Positions 9,801 through 22,440 are shown, numbered from the stretch's first letter. The stretch is DNA of 42,148 nucleotides from Octopus bimaculoides (GCF_001194135.2 NC_069000.1:16057716-16099863); one strand, 5' to 3'. Translations and numbers: made by a program. The notes: generated from the letters alone by a model not told the origin.

Positions 9801-12800
9801 CTATGTTGTGTGTTGCTTGCACATAGTTTTTTTTTCTTACTTCATTACTGTTTTCTATCACCTCATTTGGCTTGGGCTGTCGTTCACGCTTTGATTGTTA
9901 TTTTCAATATAAGAGCGCATGGCCTAGTTGTCAAGGTATCGTAGTCACGATCGTGAGATCATGATATCCATTTCTCGACTGTGTGGTGCATTGTTTTCTT
10001 GGGCAAATCATATCTTCTCACGTTGCTCTTCCATCACTTCGATACCCGACGTGTGGTACACCTATTCAGACACCATCGATTTGATGAATGGAGTTTGTTA
10101 ATGTACAACATATACTTCTGATCACTTTAACAAATTATTTTGCAGGGTGTTCAGCAATAAATTGCTGAACCTTCTTTCTCGGCCTACGAGAGCCTACCAC
10201 CATTCATTCATTCATTCATTCATTCATTCATTCATTCATTCATTCATTCATTTTCATTTTATTCAATGCCATGACTCTCCATATTATTATCTTCTACGCT
10301 ATTGTTCTATAGCTGCAATTATATATTTCTCTGATTTACATGTCGCCCGTATTTTTTATTTATTTATAGCTATTTATGTTGTAGAAATGACACCAGCCGA
10401 GGGTATTGAAGTTGGAAAGACAATTAATATATCAATAACATGCTTGCTTGTGTTAAAGAATCTTCTTGACTTCAAACTTCAACAAAACGGAAATACAGTC
10501 GTACATATACAATATTCCCGTATCATCCACGGATACAGAAAATTAAATACTAGCAACGGTTTCGACTGTGATTTACCTGTTGCTAATATAGATTATATTA
10601 CCTGTTGGAAACATAAACCCACTTGCAATGATGTAGCAGCTTACTCATGTAAAACATTCAACGCAGTTTCAAAAAAGAAGGTTTTTAAAGGTTGGTGTTA
10701 CCCGGCTTTTGCACTTATTCAGCCCCAGAAATATTCATTTTCAGTAGCTGTATTTATTTTGTGAATTTCTAATGCACTGCTGAGCGCAGATCTGCAGATT
10801 TTGACACGTGCAATATTTTGCACATTCCAAAATCCTTTGGTTTTCTGTTCTATATTGAATAAAAATACTCTGTCCATGGTGTACAATACCTAGTTGTTCT
10901 ATTCTCTGTAGAATGAAGTAGCAGTTAGGATAATTGATGTAGAAGGACAAATATTTTAAATTAATGTTAAACAACTTAATGTTAAAAACAATTCATTATG
11001 TGAATGACTAAATTAAGTTAACTTTTTTATAATTTTCCAGTCACGGTTAGATTATGTTTTAAGATTTAGGAATAAGATTAAAGCATATCCTCGGTAGTCT
11101 CCATATAGCTGCTAAATATAAGATTCTCTCCCTGTTACTTTTCATTTTTGATGAATTATAATTAACTAAATTTCTGAGATCCACCCACCTGTTTCTGACC
11201 AAAGTCAGTAATTTACAAAAAGATTGTTGTAATCAATAAAGGTACAACTTTAAAAATAATATTTCTTGGGTTATAGCAAGCAGTTGACTATTAACTTTTC
11301 ATCCAGCTATATATCTGATCATCATTTCCATGACTATCAGATTTAGCCTAAGATTCACAAATCAAGTCTAATAAAACCGAAACAGTTTTGGCGATTTTCC
11401 AGTAAAACTAAAGACTATATTCTGGCTTTACTACAGTCCCTATTTAATATTGGGTTGTCTCTCTTTTTTGTTTTATGTAGCAGTGACTGAAATTAATAAT
11501 TTATCCTGACAAGAAAGTGTTTTATTTTTAATTATGATTTATTGTGTCTTGAATTTCCATAAGAAGTTTGCTATCACCCATTACTACTAAGTTTTCTTAA
11601 GCGTCCCTGGGTATTTTCTGTACGGCGTGTAAATTGGAATTTGGCTTATATTTTGATGTTTCTTTTAAAATCATTCCCAAGAGATCTATTATTATAGGGA
11701 TCATTTCTGTTTTCCTTTCCGTCATTCTAGGTATCTTTTTGTTTCCCAATTTTTTGATATTTGGATAATTTTTACATTTCGTTTAGAAATAAATCAGCAC
11801 TTGTTAGGACTAGTATTTTGGTAAAAAAAAAGTAATTCATTTCCTACTAGCCTTGGAAAATTTATGGTCGATGACATTGATTTCCACGAGTCAGTGGACT
11901 GACAAATCCCAGTCTGTTGTTACTTGCAGAGGTTTTTATTCAGATGTAAGTCTAAATTACCGCCATTTATGTTTGTATTATATAAAGCCAATTTAATTTC
12001 CAAGCAATTTGAAACAACCAACTTTGTCACGTCTATTGTATCCATTCTTTGTTAAATATGGTTAACCAGTGACCATATGTAATGTTTCTCTTACCAATAT
12101 GCATATATTCCGCAGATATTTAATGCATTCTGTTTCATTACATGAGTTTAGTGGTTTCGAGTTAGGAAATCTTTGATTCTGTGCCGCACACAAAAGTCCA
12201 ATAGTGCTAGTTTTCGATTATATTTTTCAACCATTCAGCAGATTTTTAAAAATCTATTTTCACGTCCTACAGTACTGTCATGCATTCACCATAATTTTAA
12301 CTGTCTAGTAGCATGATCTTTGTTTTTTACACAATCACCGTTGTTTATGCCCCTTTGTATTCACATTTTATCAAACAAATCAGCCGCTGTGACGTATTTT
12401 CTAACTATTTGCTACTTTGAAGACAGAGAACGGTGTTTTCTTTCTGATCATGTCTTTAAGCTATATATATTTGCTTTATATTCTTCCTTATTAGTTATAT
12501 TTCTAATTCCATTGTGCATATTTTATAAGAGTTTTATAGTTTCATAATGACCATATATCTCTGTGTTAGAGGGAGAGATAATCTTTCTTGTCAGATTTCA
12601 AATTTGGGGTGGTGTATTTTTAATGCAGTATAGATTTCATTTTTCTTATTTCCTCTCTCAAGTCTTGATATTTCATCTTGCGTCCAGTGGAGAATATTAT
12701 AACTAAAGCTAATTGCCTGATACTTTTTAAAAATATTTAGCTCGTCTGTTAAATTATTATACTTGTATTGCTAAGATTAGGTTGAAATTTTATTTGACGA

Positions 12801-15800
12801 TAGCATAGAATTAGACCTCAGAAAGCGAAAACAAAAATGAACGTCACACATGGATGCTACAATGACAAACACAGCAGTAATAACAATGAAGAACAATACC
12901 CGCTGCAAAATCACTACAAAATAGTGAAGTTGCTTGCTACCGTCGTTGTCAAAATTCTGAGAACTCAAAGAGGTGCCAACCTACCAAAACTAACATCAAC
13001 ACAGCATGAACACAATTGCACACATAAGCCAAATTACATCATTTCCTTTTGTTTTGCATTAAAAGATGACGAGAAGTAGGAGTACATCGAAGTATGGCAA
13101 ACAATCATCAAAGTAATTACCATAGCATCACTGAGAAAAAAGAAAAGGAAAGTAGACCAAATGCCAAAAGAAAATAACTCAAAATTCTCTGTGACTTAAT
13201 CAACCAACACAACTATCATAAAAAAATACCAACTATAAAACATACAGCATATCCTAAAACCATAAGTACGTTGATCTCAACCCTGATTATATCACCCTCA
13301 AAGCATCCAGGAAATCATCTGTTATGAGTGATTAATAGAATATCAGATATGTTTTATTGCATAATATTTTGCTGCTGCAAAAGCTGACACAAAGCTAACT
13401 TGAAGTGCTGAATCTCTGAGAATACATCAATGACGTATATTTCTCATTTGGAGATTCTACAGGATTCACTATACAATGTTAGTAGGCAAGCAGTTGATAA
13501 TAGTGTTAAACTTGGCTATTGATGAATTTGACATTTTCAACGTTACATAGCGATTTACATTGTTTTGATTGTCATGGCTTTGAAAAGTGTTGATGATTAA
13601 AGAGTTTTCCACAATAATTTTGTTTGTTAACAAACAGAACGAATGTGTAAATCAATACGGATCGTCAACAGCTTGTATGTATCTGTAACCATGAAACATT
13701 ACTTACAAATAATTCAATGAAAGTTGCTGAAATGATTAACGTGGATGAGAAACAATTACACATTGTAAACAATACTAGGTTTATAAAACAGACAAGTAAT
13801 TATTGCTGAAGAGAACTTTACTTATATATATATTCTTACTTATCTGTTCCCACTCTTCTACTTATGCTTGTTTATTCTCTCTCCTACTTATTTTCCTCCC
13901 CTTTCTATCAGCCACCTCTTCTATATATATATATATACATATATANNNNNNNNNNNNNNNNNNNNNNNNNNNNNNNNNNNNNNNNNNNNNNNNNNNNNNN
14001 NNNNNNNNNNNNNNNNNNNNNNNNNNNNNNNNNNNNNNNNNNNNNNNNNNNTATATATATATATATATGTATGTATTTATGTATGTATGTATATATATAT
14101 CTTTCTATTAGTCTTTTGTCTTCTGTCTCTCTCTGTCTTTCCCTCTGTCTCTTCTGTTTACTTTTCTTTCTCCCACTCTTCCTCTTGCTACGTTTTTTAC
14201 TCTCTTTTCAACTTATTCTTCTTCCCTTCCTGTCAATTCTGTATCAACCCTCCTCTCTATCTATGAGTCTCGGTTTTTCTCTTTTTTTTTGTCTTTTCGC
14301 TTGCGTTTCCCTCTTACACTCTCTCCTCTTACTGCTGTAATTTCTTCACTTTCTCTCTTACATTTCCTCCTGTATCTCCTTAACATGCATTACCACCCTT
14401 TCTCTCCTATCTTTTCTGCCTATTCTTCTGTACCTCACAACACTAGAGAAGTTAAAGCACCCACCAGCTAATGTCTTCTCTCTGGTTATGTCTTTTCTCT
14501 TGTTTTCGTTGATTATCGCCAAATTTAATTAATACCTTGTCCGAATTATGATTATTTCATTAAACTAGTACTTTTCCTCATTTTCACTGAGCTCTGTAGT
14601 AACCTGAATAGCGTGAACAGAGGTAGGTATAGATGTCATTTTGTGAGGTAACGTGGTTGCTTGATCTGTTAGAAATACCAGTCAGATTGCCCTCAAATCA
14701 CTCCCTACAGTCTTTCAGAAAAAAGGCATTTGGTGATATATTTCTAGACGTACTGTATCAAAAATACAAAGAGGTTGACCAAGCTGAAACATCTTTGATC
14801 GTAGGTCTGCTACTTCAGGACTGGTCTAGGGTTAAATAATCAGATAGTTTTATGTAACGTATACATTTATGTAAAGGGTGTATATTATACTCTAGTTAAA
14901 CGAATGTATTGGTCAAGTTTTATAGTATTATAATTAATTATTATAATAATTAATAGTTTTTTAACATTATTCACTTTAGAACCTCTTCATATTCACATTT
15001 CACTTGGTTTCCTTCTCTATTATTATTATTATTATACAATGTGGCTCTGTTGTATCTATTTGCTTCTCTGGCAGCGTTCCATCTGTTGCCTCAATTTTTG
15101 TCCATTTCCGTTTTCTTCACTAGTTCTTTGTGTTTACCTGGGCACTTCCCTTGCCTAACTATTATGTAAGAGATTTGAAAAAAATGCTTTATTATTATCT
15201 CTCATTTATTTCAAATGCAAAAATATTAATGTGTTTATATTGTTTAAAAAATTTGTACAATATGTAATATTGTTTGCATTGCTTTTTGCCACATTGGCCC
15301 AAGTCAAATAAAGTGAAAAGCCTCCGATACAAAATAAAATAATTTCTGAAATTACATATTGCTTGAAAAATTTGTACAATATGTAATATTGTTTGCATTG
15401 CTTTTTGCCACATTGACCCAAGTCAAATAAAGTGAAAAGCCTCCGATACAAAATAAAATAATTTCTGAAATTACATATTACTTGATTAATACAAAATATA
15501 TCCAGCATGAAGAACAATTCGAGTGGTGTTAACCATTTTAGTTTAGTATGAAGATTGTAGTTTATATTAGTGAAACCACCCAATAGTCTTAGTAATATGT
15601 AAAGCATATTGTTCTAACATTTTGCTATATTAGATCGTTTTCTTTTCAGCAAAATCTACTTTAGAGAGTCTGCAAATTGTCAAGGGAGTTAAGGTGAAAG
15701 GCAGACAAGTAAGAACATTTAGATGTGTAGCAAATGTTGGAGCACCATTTAAATCGCATGTATCCTTTGTGTGGATTGTAACAAAACATGGTAAAACATA

Positions 15801-15966
15801 TAATGTCACCAAAAACGAGACCATGCCAAATACTTCGAGCTGTTATTCTCGGGTGTCATCCGATTATACTTTCACTCCACAAGCCAAAGACGTATCTGGC
15901 ACAAGTATCACATGTAAAACAAATTTTGGCTTACTTACCAGACGAATCTCCGCTAAGAGAAGGTAA
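6783..15966 (+). CDS. Ig gene 1 model: join(6783-6834?,10370-10690,15650-15966); ~229 aa V-like + C2-like Ig protein, probably secreted
   Basis: Phase-1 GT-AG junctions keep one open frame through two Ig folds to TAA. The first exon is tentative. Confidence 0.65.
7055..7745 (-). mobile_element. Internally deleted mariner element
   Basis: ORF 7229-7522 is a mariner N-terminal HTH (STIQKWATEFRKGREFFEDEP...DRRLTI). C-terminal HRWKKCMDCKREYVEK. TIR-like GTCGGCCTATGAACTTTTCCAGCCGACTTTCGTA at ~7712-7744. Confidence 0.85.
8058..8210 (+). repeat. Degenerate (TTAGGG)n-like tract
   Basis: TTTAGGGTTTAGGGTTAGAG...GTTAGGGTTAG...CTTAGGGTTCGGG...TTTAGGG. Confidence 0.7.
9915..10035 (+). mobile_element. 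Degenerate tRNA-derived SINE
   Basis: GCGCATGGCCTAGTTG...GATCGTGAGATC...GTGCATTGTTTTCTTGGGCAAA...CACGTTGCTC; absent from the unit-2 paralogous flank. Confidence 0.55.
10201..10252 (+). repeat. (ATTC)n microsatellite upstream of V exon 1; paralog at 26235-26270
   Basis: Perfect CATT repeats, about 13 and 9 units. Confidence 0.95.
10370..10690 (+). CDS. Intact V-like Ig domain exon, gene 1
   Basis: TTTATAG| acceptor and AAAG|GTTGGT donor; 321 nt, phase 1-1. GKTINISITC (B strand) and PTCNDVAAYSC (D-x-A-x-Y-x-C, F strand); sequons NIS and NTS; no stops. Confidence 0.85.
11990..12730 (-). mobile_element. Dong/R4-like LINE fragment in the V-C2 intron
   Basis: Minus-strand remnants such as IIHWTQDEISRLER and a C-terminal Cys region; homologous to 4990-5480. 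Confidence 0.55.
13270..13810 (+). repeat. Paralogous intronic segment, second copy at ~23835-24410
   Basis: Shared CCTGATTAT.TCACCCTC, GCTGCAA.AGCTGAC, TCAACAGCTT.TAT.TATCTGTAAC, TGATTAACGTGGATGAGAAACAATTA. Confidence 0.85.
15247..15479 (+). repeat. Near-perfect 119-bp tandem duplication
   Basis: AAAAATTTGTACAATATG...CTGAAATTACATATT occurs twice (TTTGTAC at 15252 and 15371), with about one internal mismatch. Confidence 0.95.
15650..15966 (+). CDS. Intact C2-like Ig domain exon, gene 1 (terminal if TAA 15964-15966 is used)
   Basis: TCTTTTCAG| acceptor in phase with the V donor. TFRCVANVGAP...FVW...SSCYSRVSSDYTF...GTSITC; sequons NVT, NET, NTS; ends ISAKRR*. Confidence 0.85.
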
Positions 15967-16689
15967 ATTAATTTTGTATTCTTACAAAAAGTAAATTAAT
16001 TTTGTACTTCTTTCTTTGATTAGTGTTTTCCCTTTTCCTGTAACAACGGTTATTTAGCCTCAGCTCAACCGCTGAGAATCGACGGTATTCCGCGTATGAC
16101 AATCACATCCGTTCTTTTTTGAAGGAAACAATTTTGTTAGCTAATTATAAAATTTGTTAGCATCGCTGTGTGGAAAAGGTAGAGAGTAGCTAATGTCATC
16201 TCTTGAATAATTGAAAAAAAGAAACGGATTTAGATGCCATGGTGCAACGAAATTCAAAGCATTATATGCGAGTCCGAAATGAGTACCATACCGACTGCAA
16301 CAAGTTAATGTGAGAAAGGGAAATGTATATATCTGGGACTTCATCAACTTCGTTGCTTCATCTAGATAGATATAACTTAAATGTATTACCCGGGGCAGCC
16401 GGAAATGAACGAAGTTGTGCGAATGGATAGTTCTCCCGTCCTTGTAGTAAACCCACGCGAGACTGTTAGGAGCTTAAAGGGTGAAAGACCAAAAATTTGG
16501 GGTAAAAGCACATAAGAAATAATAGTAGAATGAGGAAATTATATGAATAGTTGTGTTGAATACGAATATATATTTTGAAGGAAAAGAAAGAAAACTAGAT
16601 AGATAGAAAGAAGAGGAAAGCAGCAAGAGGGAAGAAGAAAGAAGAAAGGAAAGACAGTCATAAAGAAATAAATAAAAGAATAATTGATT

Positions 16690-17060
16690 TTTCCTTTTTA
16701 TCCAATTCCTTTCCTTCTATTTCCTTACCAAAATACTTACAACATGCCTTGCCGTCCATCCAACTCCAGACATCACATCTGTAAATTAACGAAATAAATT
16801 GCTTCCTGACAACCTACAATGTTGCAGGGATCCAAACAGACCCGCGTAGGAACTATAATATAAACTTATGCTTATCTTTATTTCCCTACATTTTCCCTAT
16901 ATTTTCTGTGAAATGACAACTTTTAGGAAGTTACTTATCAAATCTAAAGGAAGGGGTTGGAGCTCTAAACATCTCAATAACAGTTTTACATGAATTTGCA
17001 CACACATTATTAGAGATATGTATGTCTGTATGTATGTATGTATGTATGTACGCATGTACG
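16690..17060 (+). repeat. Paralogous segment, second copy at ~33020-33400, ending in (TATG)n
   Basis: About 7 substitutions plus one ~30-nt indel in ~320 nt (hand count); a ~190-nt stretch is identical. Confidence 0.95.
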
Positions 17061-17377
17061 TATGTATGTATATCTATGTATCTATCCATCTATTTATCTA
17101 TTTATATTCATAAACACACACATACAAACGCGTGCACACACACGTGCGCACATGTAAATATGTATACATGTAATTTTCTCCATAACCTAACTATTGTTTC
17201 TCTATATGATGGCAATCCTTCCCTTTTACAGAGTGCTGTTTGCTTAACATCTCTTCCAAAATTTCGAAGTCAACTTCACAGTCAACTTTATTGGTAATAA
17301 ATATATATATTTCCTCTATATAATGTACTGAGATCTTTGTTCAGTAGTTACTGTTTGTTGTTTTTCATTATTAAGTA

Positions 17378-17490
17378 TTTATGTATGTATGTATGTATGT
17401 ATGTATGTATGTATGCATGCATGTATGTGTGTGTGCATGTATGTATGTATGTATGTATGTATGTATCTATCTATCTATTTATCTATCTAT
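17378..17490 (+). repeat. (TATG)n/(TATC)n microsatellite
   Basis: Direct sequence. Confidence 0.95.
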
Positions 17491-17491
17491 T

Positions 17492-18868
17492 CGGAAACAA
17501 TTATTCGAAAAACACTTATTCGAATTGACAATTTATTGAAAGAAAATTATTCGAATTGACGAGAGTTTGAATTGTTTGCTATTTTGAACATGCCCCATTG
17601 ACAGATACAATACTGGAAGGTGAAAGACAGAAAATACTTTGCTTGTGCTGATTAACATGGAATGTATATACCTTTTAAAGCTGGCTGGATGTATTGATAG
17701 GGAAAATGGTAAGCCCATAGTCAAAATTGATGGTTTCGTATTTGTGAAAATAAGCAAATTAGAACCAAACTCTATTGGAAGTGCAATAAGTTTGCATCGT
17801 ATTGTAAATTCTGTGCAATAACTAATGACAGTGAAGTGGTTAATGTTTCACGTGCGCATAATCATTCTGGTGATTCCATAATCATAGAAGTGCGTACTTA
17901 TATGAATGGAGTAAAACAAGAGGCTAAAGAAACCCGTTGTTCCCCGCATTATATGATTTGTACTGTTGCTTCGTAATTAAGTGAAAACGTAGCGCAAGCT
18001 TTACAAGCAATAAGATCTATAAGAAGGTCTGTACACAATGTAAAACATTACATGCTGTTAAGAATAACCTTACCATTTTAATAGTTTATGCTTTACTTCT
18101 TGATTAGAAAGCCGACACAAACAGAAAATTGGTTTCAAAAACTCAGTCAAGCGTTCTTAATTTACAAGTTACGATATTAACGTCAGATTTTGAGACTTTA
18201 TTAGATTCCAATATATATATATTTCAATAGTGAATACTATTCTGGATTATTTTAAAGATGTGTGGGTTGGTCATCCTGCAAGATATCATAGCCGAAGCCC
18301 TACGTTCGAGATATTTATGTGGTCTTGCTTTGAAAAGTCAATCTTGGTTTACCGAAAACTAACAACGCCCTTGAAGGATGGCATAGAGCTTTTTTACAGC
18401 AAGTGTCATCCCATCATCCCTCAATATGGATATTCGTACACGCACTTAAAAGAACAGGACTTGCAAGAAATTAATATTGCAAAAATATGAGCAGGTTTCA
18501 AAATATTAAGAGAGCCAAAAAGATACCGAGACGCAAATGAAAGACTCAAGAAATTTATGGAATCCTTTAACGAGTACTCTTCAGCAGTTGAATATTTATG
18601 TAGGGTAGCAGATAAATTAGCTTAAATTTTTTTTAATCATTGCAAATAAAGAGATATGCTTATTAAATAAAAATCATTTGTGTACTGATTTTTAATTTCA
18701 TCATTTTTGTTTAAATAAAATAAAAAAAATTACAATAATTAACATTTCGTATAATTGTCCTTTTGAATAATTTTCATTCATACAATTTTCCATTCGAATA
18801 AATGTTTTTCGAATAATTGTTTTCGAATAATTGTTTTCGAACAATTATTTTCGAACAATGTTCACACA
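17492..18868 (+). mobile_element. MULE/Mutator-like DNA transposon, deleted
   Basis: Inverted ends made of repeated AACAATTATTCGAAAA / TTTTCGAATAATTG. FLYWCH-like GKPIVKIDGFVF near 17710. C-terminal LDYFKDVWVG...MWSCFE...RTNNALEGWHR motif. Confidence 0.75.
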
Positions 18869-18869
18869 A

Positions 18870-19590
18870 ACCTTCAATTATAGGCCACAGTGGGAGTTCG
18901 TTGATTACTTCAGTATCGGTAGTAGATTTTTGATTTAGAACAAATTTAGTGTTCAACCCATCTTTCTCAGAATTTCAACTTTTCTACTTGAGAGTTTTAT
19001 TTTGTCGCTAGAGAGAAAAGTTTGTGTGGCTCCCTTTTGATTGTCATACAGTGCTCTAAGTTTGTGAGAGTTATCATCCAGTTCCAGTTCTTGGGCTTTT
19101 TTACCCTCCAAGAAATTTTCATCTCATACAATTTTTTCTGTGTAGTTTTCTTAGAGGAAATGTATAGGGATCTGAGGGTTGGTGAGTTTTTGTCCGAGAT
19201 CCGTATCTTGTGTCTCTTGTGCAAAGTTTGTAGGAGAAGTTTAATTTGAGAATCGTTTTCGTCGAACCAAACTTGGTGCTTGCGTTTCACGAATCCTAGA
19301 ATTATTCACTAGATGATTTGAGTCTGTCACGAATATTGTGCCACAGCACTTCATGGTTGTTACACTCCTCTATTTCTGCAAGCTTTGAGTTTAAATGCAT
19401 TTCAAAATGTCGTGTCGTTTCTGGATTTTTTAAAGAAGGGTCATTTATTCTCGGATGTATACTACGTCTCAGTATCCTCTTTGTATATGCTTGCTGCGAA
19501 CTATTTCGTGATCCGTTTCAGCAGGCAGACAAATACGAAAACATTTGGAAGTATTCCTGATCTAGTCACTGGCTCATGGTAGAATATGTT
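18870..19590 (-). mobile_element. RTE/BovB-like LINE fragment (endonuclease-RT linker)
   Basis: LNVASLKNPETT...KRKHQVWFDENDSQIKLLL, typical of RTE linkers. Confidence 0.8.
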
Positions 19591-20219
19591 ATNNNNNNNN
19601 NNATAACCCGAGAGAGTTAGGGGTTGAGGATCCAACCCACTAAGGGATAATATCTATCCAATATACTGCTGAGAGGGTACCCAATTATTCTTACACTAGT
19701 GTTATACCAGATGCAATAAGTGAGTGCGGGTAAAAGGGGGTTACTTTACCCTAAATTTCTATAGCAATATGAAAATGGAGGAGAATATGAGGTACTCATC
19801 AACTTGCAGACACTGTATTCCGTTGATTAATCTGTTTATTTTATAAATAAATTGACAAAAAACACAATATACAGACACTTATGACATACCATGTCATATC
19901 AACAATTAAGATTTCAAATTTAAAGGACATTTAGTAATTGGAGAGGGACAAGTTCTTACAGCTGTTTCGGCTTAGCATTGGCATGCCCCATTCTATCATT
20001 ATAGCTCCCGTACGCTGGAGTAAGTAGTAGATAAAAATGATGTAATGGTGGTACATGCATGATTCGCTAGGCCTCTTCAGATATTTACAAAATTCAATAT
20101 GAATTTTGCCAAATTTTAATACAAATATATAATAAGAATAAAAATAAAAAATAAAAATATTAAAATTAAAGGCACATAAAAAGTAAATTTCTATACAAAA
20201 TGGCCAGAAATATGTAAAA

Positions 20220-20750
20220 GAGAAACCGACCTACAAGGTAACAGTCGAATTTCAACACGAACTTCTTGCTCGGTATGGTGTGCCCGATAGCATAATCTCC
20301 GATAACTACACAATTCACGGCGAATGAATTTAAGAATTTTTGCAAGAGGTACTCAGTTGAACAAGTCACTAACCCTCAGTATCTCCCAAGACCGAACGGA
20401 CAAGCTGCACGCTTTGTGGACACGTTCAAAAGGGCACTGAAGAGATCCAGAAATGAGTAAGTGCATGACACAATTCGCATTGACACAATTCCTGAGAGTT
20501 TACCGTGTAATACCAAGGCCTAATACCTTTTTCAGGCGAGTCGCCTACTAAACTGATGTTCGCAAGAAAAACTAGGTCAGTTTCGCACAAGTTATTACCT
20601 GGAAGAAAATTAAAACTAGGAGAAACACTGAAAATACGACCAAATATTTTAAATCTGGTGATAAGGTGTTTTTACGAGTGTACAGAAATGGAAAAGAAGA
20701 TTGGGAAAACGGCAAAATAATAAAACGAGTCAGCAAAATGACAAACATTT
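20220..20750 (+). mobile_element. Gypsy integrase remnant
   Basis: ARYGVPDSIISDN...FTANEFKNFCK...PRPNGQAARFVDTFKRALK, followed by the GDKVF tail. Confidence 0.85.
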
Positions 20751-20829
20751 AGTTCTTTTTCATATATTGAAAGGTATTTAGGAAATATATTAGCTAGGAC
20801 AAAAAGAAGCAATAAAACTCTGCACTGTA

Positions 20830-22440
20830 AATCCCTTGATAATTCTTTTCTTAAGATGAGAAGTGCTTTGACGATCGAGATTTTCTGGAGTGTATACCTT
20901 CATCTCTTCTGACTAGAAGCAATATATAATCTCCCATTATAGCAGTATCCCATCGTCCTTGGTATTTTCCTTCCATAGTTGCGATGTCCTGATGAAATCT
21001 CTCACCATGCTCCTCACTGACATCACCTAAGTTTTCGGTGGAAAAATCTAGGTGAGAGTGCAAAAAATGAACCTTTAAGGACATACAACCCATTTTCTTG
21101 ACGTTTTTAATAAGCTTTGCTACCAGCTGTTTGTAATTAGGAGCCTTGTGATTTCCTAGGAATCCACGAACTACATCACGAAATGCACACCAAGCTTCTT
21201 TTTCAACTTTTGTCATCGCTCTTTCCGGTTTTTTCGACTTTAACATTGCATTTACTTGGGGCCCAACAGATATGCCACTCTTGATCTTAGCCTCAGATAG
21301 CTTTGGAGACATAAGACAAATTTCTTGAAAAGCTTCTCCTCTAAAATTTAAGGCCTTCACAAACTGTTTTACCAATCCGAATTTGTTTTGAAGTAGAGGT
21401 AATAAGATTTTTTTGGAATCTACTAGAGGCTGTTTGAGAACGTTTAACATTCCTGGCTGCAGTTCCACTCATGGGGGCCAACGTACTCTCTTGTAATAAT
21501 TATCATCAGCTCTGCTGTCCCATAAGCAAAGGAAACATGAATATTTTGTGTATCCCCCTTGCAAGCTAAGCAAGAAGGCAAGCATCTTGAAATCAGCACA
21601 AACATCCCACTTGAACTCAGCGTAATTTATTTTGTCGAAAAGTTCTTTGACATTATCGTAATTTTCTTTCTTCTGTATGGAGCGTGCAAGAAACAAAGAA
21701 GGGTATTTATTTCCATTGTGGAGCAACACTGCTTTGAGACTTCGTGTTGAGTTTCCTGCATTTCTTGGCTGCTGCTACTGGTTGACTCTTCAGATGAAAT
21801 ATTTTCTGGTGGTAGTGGTACTCGTAAACTGTCATCATGTGGGACAGGGGCTCTAGATGATGGTATGTCTGGATACTGAAGAGCTTGTCTTCCTTTCACT
21901 TTTCTGTACTTTGTCACATCCATCATACAAAAGTAACAGTCATCGTGATGGTTCTTTGGCTCTCTCCATATCCTTGGAATGGAAGAAGGCATTGACCTTC
22001 CTGTACCTCTTAACCACCCTTCTAGAGTAGATCGACAGCTTCCACATATCACATGTGGGGCCCATGGTTTGTCCTGGTCACCCATGGGCATTCCGAAATA
22101 GAGTCTGTACGTTATCCACAATTTGGTACCGTACACGATCTTATATAATACCTGTTTTTTTTTTTTAGTATAATAACGACACACATAGCAAAATGTATCT
22201 GGAGAATTTTTACATACTCTTAGTAGCCATCCTGAAAGTAGCAGAACTTAGACATACATTTAGTAGCGGAACATTATAACAATACCGAATATACAATAAC
22301 ATTGAAAGTCGACATATTTTTTTAACTGTTGATGATACAAAAAAAATAATTTCATTTTTGGAATCAGCAGAAAAAATGGATTGATAAACAATTAAAAAAA
22401 TACAAGAAACAAATTTTTTTTTTGATAATTGTTACGTTAT
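20830..22440 (-). mobile_element. Chapaev3-like (CMC) DNA transposon, internally deleted with stops
   Basis: CKNSPDTFCYVC; YFGMPMGDQDKPWAPHVICGSC...WREPKNHHDDCYFC; SLKAVLLHNGNKY; GGYTKYSCFLCLWDSR; KVHFLHSHLDF...SEEHGERFHQDI. Family assigned from memory of these motifs. Confidence 0.65.

Noticed and set aside
10147-10764. Single-exon 205-aa gene starting at GTG 10147
   Set aside because: The N-terminus is translated (ATTC)n, the frame is not kept in the paralog, and a conserved donor at 10691 links in frame to the C2 exon.
16058-16160. Extra exon after C2 via TTTAG/CCTCAG acceptors
   Set aside because: The frame closes within a few codons in unit 2 (STAL*) and encodes no TM segment.
18770-18865. 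CRISPR-like or satellite array (TTTTCGAATAATTG)n
   Set aside because: No spacers, eukaryotic context, and an inverted counterpart at ~17492-17570: these are transposon subterminal repeats.
20851-22184. Functional or domesticated transposase
   Set aside because: In-frame stop (WPP*VELQ), frameshifts and an internal deletion before SLKAVLLHNG.
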